Shown: positions 26,197 to 34,283 of the stretch, piece after piece
How the letters are laid out: each line of letters begins with the position of its first letter
Position numbering within the stretch: the stretch's first letter is position 1
Assembly: GCA_902783265.1 (NCBI GenBank)
Contig: CACZQJ010000072.1
Location: 1-34,323 of the forward strand
DNA from: an uncultured Erysipelotrichaceae bacterium
GTDB lineage: Bacteria > Bacillota_I > Bacilli_A > RF39 > UBA660
Reading direction: 5' to 3'
Length of the DNA stretch: 34,323 nt
The notes under the pieces: generated by a model
The model's database searches: none
Told to the model about the DNA's origin: nothing
What the model saw: the letters and a program-made list of their open reading frames with translations, nothing else
Translations under genes and position numbers: made by a program

Positions 26197-26976
26197 TTAT
26201 ATTTGTCTACCACCTATTTCTGGATTTTCTTCTACGTATTCATCAAACTCCTTATATAGCTGATCAATTAATTCTGACTTTTGTTCAGGAGTGAATCTTT
26301 TATCGTGTAATATTTGACTTTCTTGGTTTTCAAAGTCTTCTAAATCTTCATCTATTTCCTCACTTGATTTTTCCTCATCAATTACCTCTTCAAAGATTTT
26401 AGCTTCTTCTTCATCTAATTTAAATCTTTCCTCTATTTCATCTAATTCTTCTAATGAATCTGGTTCAAACTCTGAATTAAGTTCAGGTTCATCATCTAAA
26501 TCATGATTTGAATCAGGCATAGACTCTTCTACAATTTCTGGTTTTTCATTGTTTTTTTCTTCTTCAGTTTCATTTTCTGTTTCTTCTTGTTTTACTTCTT
26601 CATTTTCGTTTAGGGCTTTTGATAGTTTTTCTCTTTCTTCAATAATTGCACTTATAATATCATCATATGAATTATTTACAGCGTTTTCTACGGCATTTTT
26701 ATCACGGTTTCTTTGGCTTATTAATCTTATTGTATCCTCTTTTGCTTGATTTACAATGCTTTCTACAAATTTAGAAAATTCTTCTTCTGACGCATCTTGT
26801 TTTGTCTCGATGAAATCTACTACTTTTCTTACAACGCCGTGTTCTATACTAAAAAACATGATATTGATTTTATCGCGGGCCGCATAGTCATTAGTAATTC
26901 TTATTAAACCTCGCACATAAATATCTTTTATTTTATAACATAAATCAATTATTTCTTGTTTTGGTTCTTCTTCCAT
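26197..26976 (-). CDS. Hypothetical protein with an N-terminal region of about 115 aa that is not low-complexity and an extremely acidic, low-complexity C-terminal half
   Basis: SD AGGAGG is 7 nt before the ATG. The C-terminal region of about 140 aa is dominated by E/D (EETENETEEEKNNEKPEIVEE...DLDDEPELNSEFEPDSLEELDEIEE...). I recognise no family. Confidence 0.75.
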   Translation of the reverse strand: MEEEPKQEIIDLCYKIKDIYVRGLIRITNDYAARDKINIMFFSIEHGVVRKVVDFIETKQDASEEEFSKFVESIVNQAKEDTIRLISQRNRDKNAVENAVNNSYDDIISAIIEEREKLSKALNENEEVKQEETENETEEEKNNEKPEIVEESMPDSNHDLDDEPELNSEFEPDSLEELDEIEERFKLDEEEAKIFEEVIDEEKSSEEIDEDLEDFENQESQILHDKRFTPEQKSELIDQLYKEFDEYVEENPEIGGRQI

Positions 26977-27132
26977 ATGTTTTCCTCCTATGTTAATTAT
27001 ATAATAATATTACTGTTTTTTAAAGCTTTTGTTTCTGGGCTTTACACTTGTTTGCCTTTTTAATATAAACATTTTCATATACTTTGGCTATTGAGTAAAC
27101 TTTATATTCATTATTAAAATATCTTTTATTTC

Positions 27133-27951
27133 TTATAAATTATTCGCTATTGCGATAAATATTTCTATTGGTAGATTTTCGGCTCTTACTGATAAATCTA
27201 ACCCATATTTTTTTAACACTTCTTCAATTTTCACTAAATTATATTCTTTTAAATTGTTTTTTAGGGTTTTTCTTTTTTGTTTGAATGAATCTTTTATTAA
27301 TTTAAAAAATTTTTCTTCATTTTTTAATGGTGCTTTTTCTTTTTTTGTAAAGGAAACTACAATACTATCAACGTTTGGCCTTGGTATAAAGACATTTCTA
27401 CTAATGTCCAAAACCTTTTCCACAGTATAATGGTAGTTCAAAAATATGGAAAGTGAATTGTAGTCTTTAGTTCCTGGCTTTGCTTTAAATCTATTTCCAA
27501 CTTCTTTTTGAACCATTACTACTATTTTATCAATATTTATTTTGTCTTCAATTAATTTAATAATTATTGGGGTTGTAATATAATATGGTAGGTTGGCGAC
27601 AACGTATAATTTTTCATATTTATATTCTTTTATGTCATCTGCTATATTTCGTTTTAAAAAGTCATCATATATTACTTGGGTATTACTTTGAATATTTTGA
27701 TCTAATATTGGTTTTACTGTTTCGTCTATTTCGTAGGCTAAAACATTTTTAGCAGCTTTTCCTAGTTCGGATGTAAGCGATCCTGCGCCTGGGCCTATTT
27801 CTATAACTAGTGTTTTTTTATCAATTTTAGCTTTGGAAATTATGTTTTCAATAACATTTTTATCAACAATAAAATTTTGACCAAATTTCTTTTTTAATTT
27901 GAAATTGTTTTTTTCTAAATTTTCTTTCATTTTATTTGGTGAATATTCCAT
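27133..27951 (-). CDS. rsmA: 16S rRNA (adenine1518/1519-N6)-dimethyltransferase RsmA/KsgA
   Basis: KKKFGQNFIVDKNVIENII and the SAM motif VIEIGPGAGSLTSEL are present, with NLPYYITTPII. Confidence 0.94.
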   Translation of the reverse strand: MEYSPNKMKENLEKNNFKLKKKFGQNFIVDKNVIENIISKAKIDKKTLVIEIGPGAGSLTSELGKAAKNVLAYEIDETVKPILDQNIQSNTQVIYDDFLKRNIADDIKEYKYEKLYVVANLPYYITTPIIIKLIEDKINIDKIVVMVQKEVGNRFKAKPGTKDYNSLSIFLNYHYTVEKVLDISRNVFIPRPNVDSIVVSFTKKEKAPLKNEEKFFKLIKDSFKQKRKTLKNNLKEYNLVKIEEVLKKYGLDLSVRAENLPIEIFIAIANNL

Positions 27952-27962
27952 ATTTTTCTCCC

Positions 27963-28193
27963 TTATTTTTTTATCTGTCCAATAATATTTATATCTCCAA
28001 GCTTATCAACATCTATTTTTAATCCTTTAAATTCATAAATTCCGCATGGAAGCTTGTCATAGAATTTAATTTTTATGTCTTCAGAAAAGAGTAGCCTATC
28101 AAGATATAGGTTATCTAACTCTTTACTGCTTAAAATTCTTTTTGTCTTGCCAGCAATAATTACTGCGAATTGTTTTTGGGATGTTATATTCAT
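27963..28193 (-). CDS. Hypothetical 76-aa protein, co-oriented with ksgA and 11 nt upstream of it
   Basis: SD AGAGGCGG precedes the ATG. I recognise no family and there is no Toprim motif. Confidence 0.55.
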   Translation of the reverse strand: MNITSQKQFAVIIAGKTKRILSSKELDNLYLDRLLFSEDIKIKFYDKLPCGIYEFKGLKIDVDKLGDINIIGQIKK

Positions 28194-28255
28194 AAAACCG
28201 CCTCTATTTTATTTTTATCATACTTTTTTTATAAAGTAAAGTAAAAAGATGAGAA

Positions 28256-28957
28256 TTAATATCCCCATCTTTTTATGCTATATTTTATGTTGTTACCTGT
28301 GGCTAGGTTGACTGCTGGATCATTTTCTGTCTTAAAGGCTAGGTCCATATGAACTATGCCTTTATTCCAGTCTTTTTTCATGGCTGATCCAGTGTCTAAT
28401 ACTATAGCATTGAATGTTCCAAGATTGGTGTTTTCTACTTTAATAATAGTTCCACATGGAAACTTTTCTAGGGCAGCAGCTAGAATACGTACTTTCCCAT
28501 ATTCTTCGTCATTATAATACTCACCATCTTTTGTAAGACTGTGATTCAATCCTTGTTTTGTTTTACAAGCAACGTTTCCATATCCTGAACATCCTACACA
28601 GTCGGCTCCATAACCTGTTAATTTCCCTACATAATCAGCTTTTTCTCCGGTTCCAATTTCGATTTCTGCATTTTTCGGACTTTCAATAATTTCAAGATTT
28701 TCACCATTTTCATCAATGTATGCAAGTCCATTATGCCCCTCTTCTTTTGTCACCACTGTTCCTGTAGGCACATTTTTATTATAGCTTTTGACTGTTTCAT
28801 ATTCAATAACTTTTGTTAAAGCTATCATCTTCTTGGTGTAATTTAAGTTTTTTACTTCAGCTTTCTTTTCTGAAATTAGACTGCCAGAACTAAATATTCC
28901 TGCGACTAGTATAAATATTAATACTATCTTGGAGATTCGCAGGTGATTTTTATTCAT
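28256..28957 (-). CDS. Secreted G5 + 3D domain protein (YabE-like cell-wall protein)
   Basis: An N-terminal signal/anchor is followed by a G5-like segment (EYETVKSYNKNVPTGTVVTKEEGHNGLAYI). The C-terminal 3D/RlpA-like domain reads LTGYGADCVGCSG...VRILAAALEKFPCGTIIKVEN...FNAIVLDTGSAM...MDLAF. The position between tatD and ksgA matches Bacillus. Confidence 0.75.
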   Translation of the reverse strand: MNKNHLRISKIVLIFILVAGIFSSGSLISEKKAEVKNLNYTKKMIALTKVIEYETVKSYNKNVPTGTVVTKEEGHNGLAYIDENGENLEIIESPKNAEIEIGTGEKADYVGKLTGYGADCVGCSGYGNVACKTKQGLNHSLTKDGEYYNDEEYGKVRILAAALEKFPCGTIIKVENTNLGTFNAIVLDTGSAMKKDWNKGIVHMDLAFKTENDPAVNLATGNNIKYSIKRWGY

Positions 28958-28993
28958 ATTTCACCTCTAAATTTCAAAATTGAAACCATTTAA

Positions 28994-29022
28994 AGTATAC
29001 CATATTTATCATTTTCGGTCAA
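28994..29022 (-). promoter_or_regulatory. Sigma-A-type promoter for the yabE-like gene (TTGACC-17-TATACT)
   Basis: The hexamers and 17-nt spacer were read on the minus strand, about 35 nt upstream of the ATG at 28957. Confidence 0.55.
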
Positions 29023-29089
29023 TTTTAATTGGCTTACTTTCCTTTTATTTTAAAGCTTTTTTGGCTTTTTTTGGAAAATTTATTTTTGC

Positions 29090-29854
29090 TTAAGCATCTT
29101 TCTTTAAATTAAACTGTCTTATAGCATTTTCTGTCGTTGCTTTTAAAACTTCTTCATAACTTATATTTTTGATTTCTGCTATTTTTTCGGCGACATATTT
29201 TATATTATATGGTTCATTAATATGTCCTCTAAATGGCTCTGGGGTTAGATATGGGCTATCGGTTTCTAAAACAAAGTTTTTTAAGTCTAATTCTTTTACT
29301 ATTTCTTTTAATGTTTTTTCTTTTTTAAAGGTTAATATTCCACCTATACCTAAAGTTATTTTTTTGTTCTCTAATTTTTTTGCCATTTCTAAATCATACC
29401 CGTAGCAGTGCATGTTACACTTTGTGGTTTTCTCTTTATACGTATCTATTATATTATATGTGTCTTCTTTTGCATCTCTACTATGGATTACTATTGTTTT
29501 ATGGTATTTATTGGCTAAATTGACTTGTTTGATAAATAAATCTTTTTGGTTTTCTTTATTTTCATTTTCGTAATGGTAGTCAAGTCCTATTTCACCTATT
29601 CCAACTATTTTTGGATGGGTTAGATATTTTTCTAACTTTATTAAATCTTCTTTTGTATATGTGTCTGCAAATTCCGGATGAATGCCTATAGTTCCGTAGA
29701 CGTTATCATAAGTTTCTATAAGTTCTATTATTTCCTCTATATCTTTTGGACTGGCACTACTTACTATTATTATATTATCTTTCATTTTTTTTATTACTTC
29801 TTCTTGATTTTCATAGTCTTCTTTTAATATATGACAATGAGTATCTATCATCAT
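29090..29854 (-). CDS. tatD: TatD family metal-dependent hydrolase/DNase (YabD-like)
   Basis: MIDTHCHI, GEIGLDYHY, IHSRDA and ETDSPYL are TatD motifs. The gene lies downstream of metG, as in Bacillus. Confidence 0.92.
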   Translation of the reverse strand: MMIDTHCHILKEDYENQEEVIKKMKDNIIIVSSASPKDIEEIIELIETYDNVYGTIGIHPEFADTYTKEDLIKLEKYLTHPKIVGIGEIGLDYHYENENKENQKDLFIKQVNLANKYHKTIVIHSRDAKEDTYNIIDTYKEKTTKCNMHCYGYDLEMAKKLENKKITLGIGGILTFKKEKTLKEIVKELDLKNFVLETDSPYLTPEPFRGHINEPYNIKYVAEKIAEIKNISYEEVLKATTENAIRQFNLKKDA

Positions 29855-29897
29855 TTTTTGATCACCACTTCCATTATAAAGAAAAAAAGAATGTTTG

Positions 29898-30071
29898 TCA
29901 TTCTTCTGCTTTTTGGAATTTTCTTATATAAATAAATCTTATAAAGCATCCAATTATAAATAATAAGTAGGTAAAATCTAGAAGATTAAAATTTAATATT
30001 ACTATAGTACTTAGATAGGTAATGCCTACTACAAACATCACACCGATGAAGCTTATCTTATTTGTAGTCAT
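29898..30071 (-). CDS. Small (57-aa) two-TM membrane protein, hypothetical
   Basis: The ATG at 30071 has SD AGAGAGGA. The product has two hydrophobic helices and a basic/acidic tail (RKFQKAEE). The longer 82-aa version in the ORF track lacks an RBS. Confidence 0.45.
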   Translation of the reverse strand: MTTNKISFIGVMFVVGITYLSTIVILNFNLLDFTYLLFIIGCFIRFIYIRKFQKAEE

Positions 30072-30165
30072 ATTTTTTTCCTCTCTATTACTGCCTTTTT
30101 TAATATAACATAGTCTTTTTATTTTGAAACAAAAAATTCTCGACATTTTACAACAATTTACATAT

Positions 30166-30193
30166 TAAAAAAGAAGAGTGCATAAGCACTCTT
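30166..30193 (-). terminator. Intrinsic terminator immediately after metG
   Basis: The minus-strand RNA reads AAGAGUGC-UUAU-GCACUCUU followed by CUUUUUU. Confidence 0.7.
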
Positions 30194-31746
30194 TATTCAT
30201 CTTCTTGGTTTTTGAAGTATTCTTCTTTATCGATTCTTTGAAATAATATTTCTGGTTTATTTAATATTATACCTGGATCCATTCCTTTGAAGTCGTTTGT
30301 TGATTCAATTTGTCTGTTTTCGGTATTTAGTTGTTTAAAAATTTTATCTGCTGTTTCTGGCAAGAAGGCTTGTAAATAAACGGTTGCTATTCTTATTGAT
30401 TCAAGTAAGTTGTATAATACTGTTTTTAATCTTTCTTCTTTTTCTGGATCTTTTGCTAATACCCAAGGCTCTGTTTCATCGATATATTTATTACTTCTTT
30501 TATATAAGCTAAATATTTCATTAATTGCTTCAGCTATTTTTAAATTGTTCATTTTTTCTTCAACTTTGTTTCCTAGGTTTTTAGCTTGTTCTATTAATTC
30601 TTTGTCTATTTCTTCAAATGTTGTTGGTTTGTAAACTTTACTATCAAAGTATTTTTTAGACATGCTTATAGTTCTGTTTACTAGATTTCCTAAAATGTTG
30701 GCAAGATCTGAGTTATACTTATCTAGTATTAAATCTATTCCTATATTGCCATCGTGCATTATTCCAAGTTCACTTAATAAGTAATATCTAACTCCATCTA
30801 CTCCGAAATCTTTGGCTAAATCATCGGCATATAACATATTCCCTTTTGATTTACTCATTTTTTCACCTTTTGGATCTACTAAAAATGGGTGCCCTAAAAC
30901 TTGTTTTGTTATTGGTAAATCTAGGGCTTTTAACATAATCGGCCAGTAGATGGTATGAAATCTTAGAATGTCTTTTCCTACTATGTGTAAATCGGCGGGC
31001 CAATATTTGTTAAATCTTTCTTCGTCACTTCCATATCCTGCAAAGGTTATGTAATTTGTTAGGGCATCTAGCCAAACGTATATTACGTGTTTTTCATCAA
31101 ATGGCACTTTTACTCCCCAATCAAACGATGTCCTTGAAACGCATAAATCATCTAATCCTTGTTCGATAAATCTTAGCATTTCATTTCTTTTTGTTTCTGG
31201 AACTATATAGTCTTCATGGCTTTCAATATATTCTTTTAACCATTTTTCATATTTTTTTAGATTTAGAAAATAAGCTTCTTCTTTCGTTTTGTGAACTTCT
31301 CTACCACAGTCTGGGCATTTTCCATCTTTTAATTGTGATTCTGTAAAAAACGACTCACATGGCGTACAATAAAGCCCTTCATATGTTCCTAAATATATAT
31401 CTCCTTTATCATATAATTTTTGAAAAATTTGCTGAACTATTTCTTTGTGTTTTGGATTTGTTGTTCTAGCAAATCTATCATAATCGACGTTTACTGATTC
31501 AAGTACTCTTTTTACTTCTAGGGCAATACTGTCGACGAAGTCTTGTGGGTTTTGGCCATTTTCTTCAGCTTTTAACTGTACTTTCTGTCCATGTTCGTCC
31601 ATTCCTGTTTGAAAAATGACATCATATCCTTGTAATTTTTTGTATCTTGCGATAGCATCTGCTAGAACTGCACTATAAGCATTGCCCACTTGGGGTTTGC
31701 CTGATGCATAAAATATTGGCGTCGTAATATAATATGTTTTATCCAT
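30193..31746 (-). CDS. metG: Methionyl-tRNA synthetase, short form (no C-terminal Trbp111/EMAPII-like domain)
   Basis: YITTPIFYASGKPQVGNAYSAVLADAIARY is present (HIGH position reads QVGN). There is a zinc knuckle CTPCESF...CPDCG and the KMSKS loop GEKMSKSKGN. SD is AGGAGGAG and a Met T-box lies upstream. Confidence 0.92.
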   Translation of the reverse strand: MDKTYYITTPIFYASGKPQVGNAYSAVLADAIARYKKLQGYDVIFQTGMDEHGQKVQLKAEENGQNPQDFVDSIALEVKRVLESVNVDYDRFARTTNPKHKEIVQQIFQKLYDKGDIYLGTYEGLYCTPCESFFTESQLKDGKCPDCGREVHKTKEEAYFLNLKKYEKWLKEYIESHEDYIVPETKRNEMLRFIEQGLDDLCVSRTSFDWGVKVPFDEKHVIYVWLDALTNYITFAGYGSDEERFNKYWPADLHIVGKDILRFHTIYWPIMLKALDLPITKQVLGHPFLVDPKGEKMSKSKGNMLYADDLAKDFGVDGVRYYLLSELGIMHDGNIGIDLILDKYNSDLANILGNLVNRTISMSKKYFDSKVYKPTTFEEIDKELIEQAKNLGNKVEEKMNNLKIAEAINEIFSLYKRSNKYIDETEPWVLAKDPEKEERLKTVLYNLLESIRIATVYLQAFLPETADKIFKQLNTENRQIESTNDFKGMDPGIILNKPEILFQRIDKEEYFKNQEDE

Positions 31747-31749
31747 TAT

Positions 31750-31976
31750 ATCTCCTCCTTTTAATACAAAAACGTCCTTTGTATAAGGACGCTATAAACG
31801 TGGTACCACCTTAATTTGTAAGTGTTACTTACCTCTTATTTTTAACGCATTATTACGGGTTAATTTAACTATTCGACTAACCAGCTCTGGATCCATTTAG
31901 AGTAGTCACCTTGTTTATTTTCACCTAACATAAACTCTCTATAAAGTTACCTACTTTTCTTTCCTTCTTCGCATTT
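31750..31976 (-). promoter_or_regulatory. T-box riboswitch leader of metG (candidate specifier AUG)
   Basis: On the minus strand there is an AGAGAG box and a distal-loop-like AGGUGAAA. The candidate specifier is CUAA-AUG-G (plus strand 31894-31896). The conserved T-box sequence AAUUAAGGUGGUACCACG sits at plus strand 31799-31816. Terminator CGUCCUU-N5-AAGGACG plus UUUUUG is at 31767-31792. Confidence 0.85.
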
Positions 31977-31982
31977 ATGTGA

Positions 31983-32011
31983 ATTATAGCATGTTTTTTC
32001 TTTTTATTCAA
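31983..32011 (-). promoter_or_regulatory. Sigma-A promoter of the metG leader (TTGAAT-17-TGcTATAAT)
   Basis: The hexamers were read on the minus strand. The -35 overlaps the spoVT stop codon (32004-32006). Confidence 0.6.
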
Positions 32012-32507
32012 TATATTTTTCTAAAAAGTGTGTCATTGTCTTTGTTGCGGTAATATTTTTTTCTATTATATTTTCTTTACTTTTTAATATTATAGATCCA
32101 ATTATATCTCCGTTTATTATTATTGGGTTTACGAGATAAATGCTTTCGTCTTCTGTTTCATCTGTTATGCTTATGTTTTCTTTTATTATTATATTTCTTT
32201 CTTCTAAAATTTTTAATAATTCGTTACTTATTTTTTTATTTTGATAGGAGTTTTCCGTGGCTGTAATTATTTTATTTTTATCGGTTATTATAATTTCGGC
32301 TTTTGTTATATTTTTTAACACTTCTTTTATTACTATACTTATTTCTTCTAGTTCATTTAGTGTTGAATGTTTTTTTAAAATTATGTTTTCGTTTTCTGTA
32401 TAAATTTCTAGGCTGTCTCCGCTTTTAATTCTTAATGCTTCTCTTACAGTTTTTGGAATTACAATTCTTCCTAATTCATCTATTCGTCTTAACGATCCAA
32501 TCTTCAT
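32004..32507 (-). CDS. spoVT: Stage V sporulation regulator SpoVT (AbrB-type N-domain + GAF-like C-domain)
   Basis: The SpoVT-AbrB swapped-hairpin domain reads LRRIDELGRIVIPKTVREALRIKSGDSLEIY...IILKK. The C-terminal PIIINGDIIGSIILKSKE parallels B. subtilis SpoVT PIVANGDPIGAVVIFSKD. Confidence 0.88.
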   Translation of the reverse strand: MKIGSLRRIDELGRIVIPKTVREALRIKSGDSLEIYTENENIILKKHSTLNELEEISIVIKEVLKNITKAEIIITDKNKIITATENSYQNKKISNELLKILEERNIIIKENISITDETEDESIYLVNPIIINGDIIGSIILKSKENIIEKNITATKTMTHFLEKYIE

Positions 32508-32529
32508 TTTCTTCCTTCTTTCTAGTTTT

Positions 32530-32558
32530 TAGTTTGTCCTGAAAGGTTGGAATTATAC
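32530..32558 (-). promoter_or_regulatory. Candidate forespore (sigma-G/F type) promoter for spoVT: GTATA-17-CAAACTA
   Basis: It resembles the sigma-G consensus (G.ATA -35 and CA.A.TA -10) with a 17-nt spacer, about 20 nt upstream of the ATG. spoVT is sigma-G dependent in B. subtilis. Confidence 0.35.
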
Positions 32559-32575
32559 TTTAAACATGTTATAAT
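32547..32575 (+). promoter_or_regulatory. Sigma-A promoter for the CBS-pyrophosphatase gene (TTGGAA-17-TGtTATAAT)
   Basis: The hexamers, TG extension and 17-nt spacer were read directly. It interdigitates with the divergent spoVT promoter candidate. Confidence 0.6.
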
Positions 32576-32601
32576 TAAATAGATTAAAGGGAGTTGAATT
32601 T

Positions 32602-34218
32602 ATGAGAAAAACTTTAATTTTCGGTCATCAGAAACCGGATACTGATTCTATTACGTCGGCAATTGTTTTAGCTTATTTAAAAAATTATCTTGGTGAAAGC
32701 GCTGAGGCTAGGACTCTTGGAACGCTTAATAATGAAACTAAGTTTGTTTTAAAATATTTTGGATTTAAAGAACCTAAGTATTTAACGGATGTAAGGCTTC
32801 AAATAAAAGATATAGATTATCTTAAGAATTGCTTTCTCAATGAAAATGATTCCATTTTGAAGGCTTATAATTATATGAATGCGACTAAGATAAGCGTTTT
32901 GCCTGTTATTGATGATGATAAAAATTTTCTAGGTGCTGTTTCAATGAAGTATATTCTTGCTGATTTAATAAATGGGGATTTAGGAGTTTTACATACTTCT
33001 TACAATAACCTTTTAGAGTCTTTAGATGGTAAGGAAATTTTAAGGTTTGATGAAGAAGTAAGCGGCAGTATTATAATGCCTTCTTTCAGCAGTAATACTT
33101 TTACGGAAACAGTTTCTATTAAAGATGCTATTATTATTGTTGGGGATCGTTATAAAATTATAGAATATTGTATTAAAAATGGAGCTTCTATCATCATTGT
33201 AAATAATGGTGTTGTTTTAGGCGATGATATTCTAAGTTTAGCACGTGAATATAAGGTTAACATTATTAGTACTCGTTATAATGGCGTTTTTTCGGCAAAC
33301 TTAGTTGTCCTTAGTAATTATATTAAGGGTAAGGTTAATATTGGTGATATTATTACCATTAATGAAAATGATTCTTTACATGACGTTTTAGAACTTGCGA
33401 ATAAAACTAAATATAGTAATTATCCTGTTTTAAATAATAATGGTAAATGTCTTGGTATGTTTAGAATAAGTGTTATGGATAACAAACATCCTAAAAAGGT
33501 AATATTAGTTGACCATAATGAGAAAGAGCAAAGTGTTATTGGTCTTGACGAGGCGGAAATTGTGGAAATAATCGATCACCATAAAATAGGAAATATTGGT
33601 ACGTCTTTTCCAATTAATTTTCGAAATATGCCTGTAGGCTGTACAAATACAATTTTATATTTAATGTACAATGAGTATGACATTGAGATTCCTTCAGATA
33701 TTGCGGGGTTAATGGTTTCTGGAATTATTTCTGACACTTTACTTTTAACTTCTCCAACTACTACTGATATTGATCGAATGGCGCTTGAGGATTTAAGTAA
33801 AATTGCAGGGATAGATTATGAAAAATATGGCATGGAAATGTTTAAGGCTGGTTCTTCTACTAAAGGTAGAACGATTTCTGAGATTATTTATGGTGACTTT
33901 AAAAACTTTAATGTCGAGGGTCAGAAACTCGGCATTGGTCAAATTTCAACTATGAGTACTGAAGAAATTTTAGATAAAAAGAATGAATTTATTGAAACTT
34001 TAAATAATATAGCTAAAAATGAAAATTATGCGGGTATTGCTTTATTTGTCACCGATATTTTAAAAAATGGTTCTTACATTTTCTTTAATGAATCTAGTTT
34101 AACATTGTTTGAAGGTTCTTTTGGTATTAAAGAAATGGAGGAAGGTCATTTCTTAGAAGGCGTCGTCTCTAGAAAACAGCAAATTGTACCTAAATTAATT
34201 AAATATATGGATAATTAA
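32602..34218 (+). CDS. ppaC: Family II (DHH) inorganic pyrophosphatase with a CBS-DRTGG-CBS insert (CBS-PPase)
   Basis: The DHH N-domain reads IFGHQKPDTDSITSAIVLAY and ...VDHNE...IDHHK. Inserted CBS pairs and a DRTGG-like segment (IIVGDRYKIIEYCIKNGASIIIV) are present. The DHHA2 C-domain has GIISDTLLLTSPTTT and ...VSRKQQ. The product is 538 aa. Confidence 0.88.
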   Translation: MRKTLIFGHQKPDTDSITSAIVLAYLKNYLGESAEARTLGTLNNETKFVLKYFGFKEPKYLTDVRLQIKDIDYLKNCFLNENDSILKAYNYMNATKISVLPVIDDDKNFLGAVSMKYILADLINGDLGVLHTSYNNLLESLDGKEILRFDEEVSGSIIMPSFSSNTFTETVSIKDAIIIVGDRYKIIEYCIKNGASIIIVNNGVVLGDDILSLAREYKVNIISTRYNGVFSANLVVLSNYIKGKVNIGDIITINENDSLHDVLELANKTKYSNYPVLNNNGKCLGMFRISVMDNKHPKKVILVDHNEKEQSVIGLDEAEIVEIIDHHKIGNIGTSFPINFRNMPVGCTNTILYLMYNEYDIEIPSDIAGLMVSGIISDTLLLTSPTTTDIDRMALEDLSKIAGIDYEKYGMEMFKAGSSTKGRTISEIIYGDFKNFNVEGQKLGIGQISTMSTEEILDKKNEFIETLNNIAKNENYAGIALFVTDILKNGSYIFFNESSLTLFEGSFGIKEMEEGHFLEGVVSRKQQIVPKLIKYMDN

Positions 34219-34243
34219 AAAGAGGTCTTAATCCTCTTTTTCT
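34217..34243 (+). terminator. First of two tandem intrinsic terminators after the pyrophosphatase gene
   Basis: AAAAAGAGG-TCTTAAT-CCTCTTTTT. Confidence 0.7.
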
Positions 34244-34259
34244 TAAATTAAAATCTCAA

Positions 34260-34283
34260 CCGCACCACTAGGTGCGGCTTTTT
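34260..34283 (+). terminator. Second tandem intrinsic terminator
   Basis: CCGCACC-ACTA-GGTGCGG followed by CTTTTT. Confidence 0.75.

Noticed and set aside
2030-30634. About 25 ORFs of 61-218 aa in the six-frame track that lie antisense to, or out of frame within, well-supported genes. Examples: 2030-2341, 6551-7392, 8315-8776, 10720-10926, 11166-11372, 14375-14951, 15086-15814, 16126-16782, 17320-17637, 17922-18119, 18949-19618, 19892-20158, 20844-21519, 23175-23756, 26078-26263, 26549-26749, 29169-29931, 30410-30634.
   Set aside because: They are shadow ORFs typical of AT-rich DNA. They have low-complexity S/F/L/I-rich translations, no SD-start pairing, and complete overlap with genes whose products match conserved families.
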